From Candidatus Poseidoniaceae archaeon (GTDB lineage Archaea > Thermoplasmatota > Poseidoniia > Poseidoniales > Poseidoniaceae): a stretch of DNA of 64,000 nt. The notes beneath the pieces were generated by a model. That model was not told the origin of the DNA. It searched no databases and saw only the letters and a program-made list of their open reading frames with translations. Below, piece by piece: positions 26,789 through 35,200 of this stretch. Position numbers and translations under genes: made by a program. The stretch covers positions 9,940-73,939 of the forward strand of contig CAXPMI010000031.1 of NCBI GenBank assembly GCA_964218365.1. The letters run 5' to 3'. The stretch's first letter is position 1. Every line of letters starts with the position of its first letter.

Positions 26789-29700
26789 TCACTTACTATT
26801 TTGTAGATATTGGTGACCATAATGGTTCCATTGTTCCATAGTCCATCCTTCCGGCAAGCCAGTTGGTGGTAATGGAGGTGTAGCGGCACCCGCCCCTTGC
26901 GGTGCTAGAGGTTCGTTCTGCACAGGAGCTACAGGGGCAGCTTGCTGGATTTCAGGAACCATCTTAGTATCCATGTTCTCAATAACCTCAGCAGTTTGGT
27001 CAGATTCGTCAACTTCTTCACCACGACGAATTCTTCGCATTTGTACCATTGTCCAAACAGCGAACGACATCGAAACCAATGCAATCAGATACATAATTAC
27101 AGATAATTGAGAATCTGCAACTTGATTTGCGAGTGCTGTACCGTCTCTTTCGACTTCTTCTTTAACCAATAGTGGCGAAATTGAGATTCTTTCTTTTTCT
27201 ACCCCAGAGTCTAGCAGAAGAATCCTGTGTTCTAGTGTATCATCTACTGCTCCGTCGGCGGTAGCTTCTAGCCTAACTTGGGCTGTCTTGCCACTCGAAA
27301 TTTGAATCGACGAAGAGGATATAGTTGCCCAGTCATCACCAGAAACGAGCCTCTGCAGAACGAATGTCACAGTACCTGATGCTCCTGTGTTTCTGGCCTC
27401 GATGGTAAGTGATACTGCTTCATTTGGAGTTGGAGTTGGATTAGACCATTCCCATGTAGTATCTGCCGCTCTCAGACTAACCTCAGGACCTGTCAAGGCC
27501 AGTGGCCAAGATGCCAATGGGTCAGCGACAGTATTTCCTTCACTGTCGTAAGGATTTCCTGACTCATCTGAACCTGTGACCCAAACGTCAATTGTATACG
27601 ATGGAAGGAGCATGGTAGCACCTCCATCAGTCAGGTCAAGATATCCAGTCCAGAAGAATTGGTCTTCGAATGGCGTAGTATCCGGCAGTGGAGATGATCC
27701 TCTACTGATTTCAGCCTCACCTGCTCTGACCAAGTAATGTAATACTGCAGGATCGTCGAGAGAGAATCCTTGGTCATCTCGTGTTTCAAGCATGACTTGC
27801 AAATTGTTTGCAAGGGAAATCGGAATTTCCTGATTTGGTTCTATTCCTCCCAAAGTTACAGCATGAATTGAAGGTCTTTCACTATCGACTGCTAATCTCA
27901 GTCGTGGTTTGAATTCGGATTCATCTTCAGCAAGGCCTGGGAGGTCTTTCAGTTTAGCACGTAGGTCAAGGTGACCACTTCTAACATCTGGTACAAGCAT
28001 GTCAATACTGAAGTATCCTCCTTCTCTGCTTGTAGTTGTCCATTCATTTTCAAAATCTCCTAGAGAGATTGTGAAAGAGCCTGCAGGAGCAGGAGTCTCA
28101 TCCTCTGAGAAGATTACTCTTCCACTGAAACGAAGAGCTTGTCCTGCACCAATCAATGATTCATCAAATTCAGGATTGTAATGGTTTGTTCCATCTCGCA
28201 ATTCAATCGCGAGAATGTGACCCGGTTGAGTGTCAAAGCGCAAGTCATTATCTAGGCTCCACAAATCATTTCCAAGTCCGGCTTTGTGTATGTTACAAGG
28301 AAGGTCTGTGTCAATTCCACAGGACTTATCTTCAATCCAGACTTTCGGAATAAAGTGCTCATTACCGTTTGTGTCCCAGACCTCAGGGAAGTTCCAAGTC
28401 AGTTGGAACTTAATCGATACAATCATTCTAGATTGGAGCTCTGGGTCCAAAATAATCGAAGAATATAGATTGGAAACAGCCAATCCAGTGCCTCCACTCT
28501 CAAGGTACATCTCAGGCATTCCCATTGAGTTTTGTGAAATGTAGGCAAAAATTGAGGTTTCATCATCATCGAAATCACCAGCTAGCGCCAAGTGTACGAA
28601 TTCTACGTCCCACCATCCATTGATATCAGAAATCATGAATGTTGCAGTGTATGGAATCCCGGGATGTAATGGAGCCATATCATCGTGACCCGTTATGGTT
28701 GAATTATCTACATCCATAATCGGTTCAAACTCCTCTCGGATTGTGTACCAGGATAGCGAGTTATCCCAATCAGGTTTGACTTCACCAGGCTTGTCCCCAC
28801 AGAATCCACCAGATTCTACGTCACAAACAGGTGAACCACCCATGGCAATGGTATTATTTTGACCATCTTTCCCTGTTACATAGAAGGCTACTTTATCTCC
28901 ATGAACAAGCATTGAATCATCGATTAATCCGTTGAAAACGTTCAAACCACCTGGTAATATTTCAGGAGTGGTTAGAGTCTTTGAGCGATATTCGATCGGC
29001 TCTGCTAGTCCATTGAAATTAGAATCATCACATCTTTCATTGACTCCTGCCTCACAACCAATCCAGTAGTGAAGGTCTACGGTTTGTGGAGGAGCAACAG
29101 AATCCTGAATGATTATTTCAATTGCTTGTCCGCCGGGAGAAGGGGGACCTTTATGCATCTCTGATGAAGATTCAGGACTTGCGAAGAGTACCAACGGTGC
29201 ATTGCCGTCAAAAATTAACTTGATTGTATTGTAACCCGGGTTGACATATGTTGAACCATTTTCGAGTTCGGTTGCTTCTACGTAGAGAACCATGCCACCT
29301 GGTTCAGATTCTATTGGGGATGCAAAAGTCATGTTATACTGTCCAAATCCAGGATTTCCTTCAGTATGAAGTACAGTAGGTTCTCCAATAGGGTCACCGT
29401 CGTAAGTTACATTTTGACCGATAACTCTGAGTGTAAATTCACCTGCTCTTGGTGAGAATGCTGAATTTTCAAAGTTGATTCCTCCAGTAATCGAGATATT
29501 CAATCCTCCTCGAACCCAATCGCCGGAAAACAACCCCCTTCCTGTTTCTTCCCATACCCTCATTCCATCTAACTGGATATCGTTCTCGATGTTCAGAGCG
29601 AGCGTGTCTGTTGTCCAACCACTAACTTGTGGACCTAGGTCATCACTCAAGGAAACTATTGCTTCCATCTTCCTCTCATCATCCCATGTCCAATTGACTC

Positions 29701-32146
29701 TGAGTGGCATTTTAACCGATACAATTCCCTCGCTGTCCGTTGTTGAAGTACAATTTCCGATATCGAACTCGACGATACCTCCGCCATCACTCTCAACCGA
29801 ACACGAATCGCCACGTAGCCATCTAAATGCTGGGTTTTCCCCATATGAATTATTCAAACCAATCGTAGCCTCAGTGACACGGTCAACCAAATCCCCGTGT
29901 GCTAATCTGACTACTAAATTTCTGTATACACCATCAGGAGCAATCAAGCCTCCTTCTAGGCTTGCATCCAATACTCTAGTGTTGAGTCTGTATTTGATGT
30001 CAAGCTCAGTAAGTTTGACTCTTCCTGGGGTATTTGCTTTGACTGCTATGGGTATTTCGACTGTGCCAATCCCATTCTCCGGGATGTGGTCGTTAAATGC
30101 ATCTACAAGGCTCGGAGTTTCAGATACTACCGTTCCAACCGGAGAATCATCAGATGCAACAACCGAACTCTCATTCAAGAATAGAATTGACTTCCAATCC
30201 CAGTCACCATCATCTCCTACATCCAACTGAGGAGCGTCGGGATACCCTTCTTCATACCACAAGATGAAGGAGTCTACGGCAGGAGTGACTGTATTGTCAG
30301 TAGTTCCCAAAATTATGGAATACAGGAGTTCATTTCCAGCGCCGGAGGTTGAAAATGAAACTTCTTGATTGTTTGTTGCAGACTCCCACGTTGAGCCGTT
30401 ATCGTTAGAGACCATTACGCTAATGCTCGAACTTGAGGGCTCATCTGCTGTCCAAACGGCTCTAACTTTACCGACATTAGTGCCTGTTGAGACCTTTTGG
30501 CTTGTCCAGTCTCCAGAGCTTTGGTATGAAGTAGCGTATTCAAGAGAGACCCACCAAGATACAGCTGATGAACCAATGAGTTGCATTTTCCAAACTAATT
30601 TATTTCCTGGGTGTGTGAAGTGAATGGTTTGGTTTTTCTCAACTGCTTCCCAGTGAGTACCGTTATCTGCACTTACCCAGTAGTCAACTCTGTCACCTTG
30701 TGATGGAGCAGACCAGTGGTTCATGAAATTAACAGCAAGAACGTCATCTTCGGTTACTATAGTCTCACCGATCCATGTTGTGGTACCAGGTGCAGGTGTT
30801 GTAGGGTAGGAAATTCCGATTCCAAATTCACGGTAGTAAAGAGTCTTTGAATTCCATGTTGAATATCCAGTATCAACTGTAATGATTCTCTCACCGTTGT
30901 AGAAGAGTCCAAGTCCTTTCGCAGATATATCCTTAGTTCCGGTTTGTGGCACTAGTGAGGAAGAACTGCCTGAAATGGCCCAAGCGCTTAGTTGGTCTGT
31001 ATCTTGGTAGTAACTACCTTTCATGCATCTCATGTAGAAGAAGCCGGCATGAACTACAAGTCCGTGCACGTTGCTGGAGGTTTTGCCACACTCGGTGCTA
31101 GAGGATGAGCTTGAAGTGAATGAATACTGTTCTTCTCCTCGAGTAAATTGTCCATTATCTCCAAAATCGTAAGACACGATTCTCCTCTGTTGTCCATGAG
31201 CAACCCAAATTTTGTCACTATCCCTGTCATATGAAATCGCACTGTACTCGCCATATTGCGGTGAAATGTCGTAGGAGTCAACACAACGCCAAACCCAATC
31301 ATCAGAGACATCTATTGCCAGAACTCTGCTGTGCTGAGTTGGGTTTGAATTACCGTACATGTACTTGTATGTTGTAAAAATCCCATACAGCATTTCTTCG
31401 TCATTAATGGTCCAATCTTTGAAGCCGTAAGACTTGTAATAAGTCGAACTTGGATCCTGTGGCAGAGTACAAGCCGCTTCCTGTTGCAAGTCAACAACGA
31501 TATCCCTCGTAACGTTGTTTGGGTGCATTCTTGTTACTACCTTGTCAAACTGGGTGCCAGTAAATGTTGACATGAAAAGCCAATCATGGTTCTCAAGAAT
31601 TGCCCCTTGGCCTTGAGCCATCAAGTTTGAACTTGTCATTTTGACTTGATTGCTGAACCTTGATTCAGTGGAGTTTGCGGTGTGAGGTTGGCGTATCGCA
31701 AAACTACCATTGTCCAACCAAGCATCAGAACCAGGTAGAGTTTCTTCATTCATCCCATGAGATAAAAACTCTACATCACTATCATCGAATCCAAGGGTTA
31801 GATCTCCACTTCGTGCGTCACTTTGACTAGACACACCATCCATCCATTCATCATATGTATCAGTTGATACTTGGGACCAACCTGTTGATGAAGCACCAGA
31901 GAGTGTTACTTGCACATCGAGCACTTCAGCCCCCTTTGGGATTGCCACTAAAGTCGTCTTGTCTGCTCCTCCTTGATACAGTGCGATATTTTCAATACTC
32001 CCGTCAGAAAAAGTGTAAATGTGGCGAGATGAACCGTTTGCTTCCGCCTCGGTGATGAACATCTCTGAAAACGGACTCATCGGCGTAAGAACGAGAATGA
32101 ATACCATAATCGACAGCGCGGCACGAGATGAAAATTTCTGCTTCAT
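26789..32146 (-). CDS. Giant secreted surface protein (1785 aa) with a signal peptide, a W/N/T-rich extracellular region, a C-proximal TM anchor and a Pro-rich cytoplasmic tail.
   Basis: N-terminus MKQKFSSRAALSIMVFILVLTPMSPFSEMFITEAEA. The C-terminal TM is VIMYLIALVSMSFAVWTMV, followed by ...PPLPPTGLPEGWTMEQWNHYGHQYLQNSK. There are many N-x-S/T sequons. Confidence 0.85.
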   Translation of the reverse strand: MKQKFSSRAALSIMVFILVLTPMSPFSEMFITEAEANGSSRHIYTFSDGSIENIALYQGGADKTTLVAIPKGAEVLDVQVTLSGASSTGWSQVSTDTYDEWMDGVSSQSDARSGDLTLGFDDSDVEFLSHGMNEETLPGSDAWLDNGSFAIRQPHTANSTESRFSNQVKMTSSNLMAQGQGAILENHDWLFMSTFTGTQFDKVVTRMHPNNVTRDIVVDLQQEAACTLPQDPSSTYYKSYGFKDWTINDEEMLYGIFTTYKYMYGNSNPTQHSRVLAIDVSDDWVWRCVDSYDISPQYGEYSAISYDRDSDKIWVAHGQQRRIVSYDFGDNGQFTRGEEQYSFTSSSSSSTECGKTSSNVHGLVVHAGFFYMRCMKGSYYQDTDQLSAWAISGSSSSLVPQTGTKDISAKGLGLFYNGERIITVDTGYSTWNSKTLYYREFGIGISYPTTPAPGTTTWIGETIVTEDDVLAVNFMNHWSAPSQGDRVDYWVSADNGTHWEAVEKNQTIHFTHPGNKLVWKMQLIGSSAVSWWVSLEYATSYQSSGDWTSQKVSTGTNVGKVRAVWTADEPSSSSISVMVSNDNGSTWESATNNQEVSFSTSGAGNELLYSIILGTTDNTVTPAVDSFILWYEEGYPDAPQLDVGDDGDWDWKSILFLNESSVVASDDSPVGTVVSETPSLVDAFNDHIPENGIGTVEIPIAVKANTPGRVKLTELDIKYRLNTRVLDASLEGGLIAPDGVYRNLVVRLAHGDLVDRVTEATIGLNNSYGENPAFRWLRGDSCSVESDGGGIVEFDIGNCTSTTDSEGIVSVKMPLRVNWTWDDERKMEAIVSLSDDLGPQVSGWTTDTLALNIENDIQLDGMRVWEETGRGLFSGDWVRGGLNISITGGINFENSAFSPRAGEFTLRVIGQNVTYDGDPIGEPTVLHTEGNPGFGQYNMTFASPIESEPGGMVLYVEATELENGSTYVNPGYNTIKLIFDGNAPLVLFASPESSSEMHKGPPSPGGQAIEIIIQDSVAPPQTVDLHYWIGCEAGVNERCDDSNFNGLAEPIEYRSKTLTTPEILPGGLNVFNGLIDDSMLVHGDKVAFYVTGKDGQNNTIAMGGSPVCDVESGGFCGDKPGEVKPDWDNSLSWYTIREEFEPIMDVDNSTITGHDDMAPLHPGIPYTATFMISDINGWWDVEFVHLALAGDFDDDETSIFAYISQNSMGMPEMYLESGGTGLAVSNLYSSIILDPELQSRMIVSIKFQLTWNFPEVWDTNGNEHFIPKVWIEDKSCGIDTDLPCNIHKAGLGNDLWSLDNDLRFDTQPGHILAIELRDGTNHYNPEFDESLIGAGQALRFSGRVIFSEDETPAPAGSFTISLGDFENEWTTTSREGGYFSIDMLVPDVRSGHLDLRAKLKDLPGLAEDESEFKPRLRLAVDSERPSIHAVTLGGIEPNQEIPISLANNLQVMLETRDDQGFSLDDPAVLHYLVRAGEAEISRGSSPLPDTTPFEDQFFWTGYLDLTDGGATMLLPSYTIDVWVTGSDESGNPYDSEGNTVADPLASWPLALTGPEVSLRAADTTWEWSNPTPTPNEAVSLTIEARNTGASGTVTFVLQRLVSGDDWATISSSSIQISSGKTAQVRLEATADGAVDDTLEHRILLLDSGVEKERISISPLLVKEEVERDGTALANQVADSQLSVIMYLIALVSMSFAVWTMVQMRRIRRGEEVDESDQTAEVIENMDTKMVPEIQQAAPVAPVQNEPLAPQGAGAATPPLPPTGLPEGWTMEQWNHYGHQYLQNSK

Positions 32147-32166
32147 AGACCATCAACCAATATTCC

Positions 32167-32176
32167 GGTATAATTC
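32167..32176 (-). promoter_or_regulatory. Candidate TATA-like element (minus-strand gaattatacc) about 24 nt upstream of the ATG of the 1785-aa gene, implying a leaderless or short-leader mRNA.
   Basis: AT-rich hexamer at the archaeal TATA-box distance, judged by eye only. Confidence 0.25.
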
Positions 32177-32214
32177 ATAGGTCTTGAATTAACCGGCGAA
32201 AGGTCACAATCAGA

Positions 32215-32236
32215 AATCCCCCCTTTAGGGGGGAAT
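32215..32236 (-). terminator. Hairpin CCCCCC-TTTA-GGGGGG immediately after the stop of the 1895-aa gene.
   Basis: A 6-bp G/C stem plus A/T flanks that extend the pairing. Confidence 0.45.
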
Positions 32237-32243
32237 TCTGGTC

Positions 32244-35200
32244 TCATGACGTATTACGACTGTCGTACCTTATTGGTGAGGAATCGCCACGACTTCCATC
32301 TTCTTCGTCGTCCTTTACTTCGAACCAATCTACTAGCCAATCGCCATCGGTGTCCCAATTAAGTGGGTCACTACCCTCTGCGATGTGGTCATCGTCGAGA
32401 TCTAACAGGTACCAACCGAACTCGTGCTCTCCAAGGTCCACAGCAGGAGCACGGTTTGTGCTTCCAGTGTAATACAAATCCCAGTTATCTGTGACGTCTC
32501 CTGAACACAATAATACATCATTTCCTGAGTCCAAAACTAGGAAATCAGTATCCATGTCATCGATGATTAATGCATAACTTAAGTCATCGATGTTTTTCTT
32601 GTTCATGCTGAGATAATTTGTCTGGTCTTCGGTGTTTTCGCCCAATCCTAGAGTGAAAGCTCTAAATTGCCACCATTCTGTAATCGGCGACCCATCCCAT
32701 GTCTCTCCAGAGAGTCTTACAGAGTCTGGGGAGTCTAGATTTGGATTTGCAATCGCAAAGAATTCCATGAAATTAGTGTAAGCGGTATATTCACAAGTTG
32801 CACCACTACAGTCCCAATTTCCATCTTGGTCTGGGTCTTCATTAGCATCTAGAGGATCTCGTGGGTCAAAAGTAGCCCAAGTCCAACCCAATTCAGGACG
32901 AGATAGTGTCCCTGAATCCTGCGATAAAGGTCTACAGGAAACCGTTGAGGAGGTACAGGCTCCACCTGTACCAGGATCTATCCACTGAACTTCAATTTTC
33001 AATCTTGATGAGAAGTTATCATTCGACTCATTCCATCCTTTTTCGTATTCGTACCAATCCGGCAACATATCGCCATCAGTGTCGTTATCCATTGGATTCG
33101 TTCCATACTTGAAGACCTCTCTACCATCAGATAGATTCCAGTCACGGTCGTGAGAGATTACCTGTCCTGAACTGAGTACAGTGTTGAAGGTTACTGCATC
33201 ATAGTCCGAATCGTTTGTATCAGGCCTAGTGCCGTTTAGATACTCCATTAAGTTGGTAAATGGAAGGTCGCCAATTCCGCTTTGGATTATATCGCCTGAT
33301 GCTGTAAATTCTCTGTTTTCCCATACACCCTGAGGAGCAGGAATATCGAAAGAAGTTCGTCCGTACCAACCATCACTATCAGGGTCATAGTTTACGTCAA
33401 ATGGGTTGACTGGATTTGTTGACCAATGATTTTGAGTTGTTGGGTCCGGTAAACCGTAAACAGCATAACAGAATTCCCAACCATCATCGATACCATCTTG
33501 GTCTGAGTCTGAATTAGTTGGGTCTGTAATACCGAACAAGGTTCTGTTAAAGGTGTTTGAATCTGCCGAGTTAATCATTGCCATTCTAGCAGCAGAAATT
33601 GAGTCTTTACCACTAAAGGTATTGAATATTGCACGTCTTGCTTCAGCCTCTGTGTAACCCTCCTCGATATAGGCATCGATAGTATCGTCACCAAATCCAA
33701 TCAATCCTGACCCAGTCGTAAGTCGCTGCGAGAACTTACCGTAAACTCGAGATTCATATTCACGTTTGTTAGTGAACTGTTCCTCAAGAGAAATATTACC
33801 ATCTCTATCACAATCTACCGAGTCCATATCGCTGTCTAACCATTGGTCGGAATCGATCAATGGGTTCATTGACCACCGATTGTTTTCCAAGTCCCACTTT
33901 GTAAACCAATACTCGTAACCATCAATCATTCCATCGTCGTCCGTGTCAGCGATTGTAGGGTCTGTTATTCCCATCAAAGTTGAGATGAAATTATTGGCGA
34001 CACCTGTCGATTGCCACTCTTGGAACTCATCTAGGTGCCTATTTCCTCTTTGCCCCTTGTCGAGAATAATTGTATACACTCTCTGTGCCTTTTGAGTCGG
34101 GTCATTCAAGTCACCATCAATGTGCATTAATGGTGCATCAATCGGGTGGTTTTCTCCATTCTCAGGATTGGTTGTAACGAGCGAAAACTCTTGCGCATCT
34201 GTAAGAGCGTCATCATCTGCGTCGAATGAACCATCACCGGGCACTAGTGGATTTAGAGTCCAAGTCTGTGCTGTGTCATTCCACGCTGTGAACATCAGTT
34301 CCAAACCATCAAGGAATCCATCACCATCGGTATCAGGGTTTGTTGGATCTGTAGTCCATCCTGAGACATTGATTATGTCCTGTCCAACAAATGAGCCAAA
34401 TGATTCAGGATTCGTAATTCCTGCCCACTGTTGAAGGGTATATCCACTTCCAATTGTAGTTACATACCACTGGGGACTAGTTCGATTAGCATTGGTCTCA
34501 GAAAGTTCTGGAGAGATGCTATTGTACTCTTCCCAATTACTCATTCCGTCATCATCGGAGTCATCCCAGCGGTCGTTTGAGTTGAGTGGATCTAAGCTCC
34601 ATTTAGAATCCAGTAATTCCCATCTAGCGTACCAAATCTCCCAACCATCAGGCATTCCATCAGAATCACTGTCTGCATCTGTTGGATCACCTGTCAATAT
34701 ACCATCTCCAAAGTTATCCTCTGGTGCACCCCAATCGGAGATATTCCTGAACAAGTCTGTGGAGAAATTGTTAGGAAGAACTTCGCCATCCAGAGTCATG
34801 TTTCCATCAAACAAATCATCTCGAATATTGTATTCTAACCAATTCACGAATGCCTCGTTTTCTTCTATGATTCCATTGTGATTGATATCATAACCATCAC
34901 CGTCAGGATTTTCAAATGCATCACTTCCATTGAGCGGATTTATTCCAACTCTAGAAACATCCCAGGTACAAGCACCCCGGGCCTCCCAACCATCAGGCAG
35001 ACCATCTCCATCTGAATCTCTATTGTTGGGGTCTGGCTCTGCCCAGAGTTCGACAGCTGCTTCTGTTTCAAAGTGACTTTCAAGTAAATCTCCAATCAGT
35101 CCTGAATCTTTTACCAACGACCACTGATATTCACAAAGATTCGTCAATCCGTCGCCGTCTGCGTCCCATTCCGCATCGTTGGGGTCGCTTGGATCCATTG

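Noticed and set aside
27631-31497. Multiple 60-250-aa ORFs in alternative frames within the 1785-aa giant gene (e.g. 29475-30230, 251 aa).
   Set aside because: The long uninterrupted sense ORF with a signal peptide and TM anchor explains the region. The alternative-frame ORFs are low complexity.
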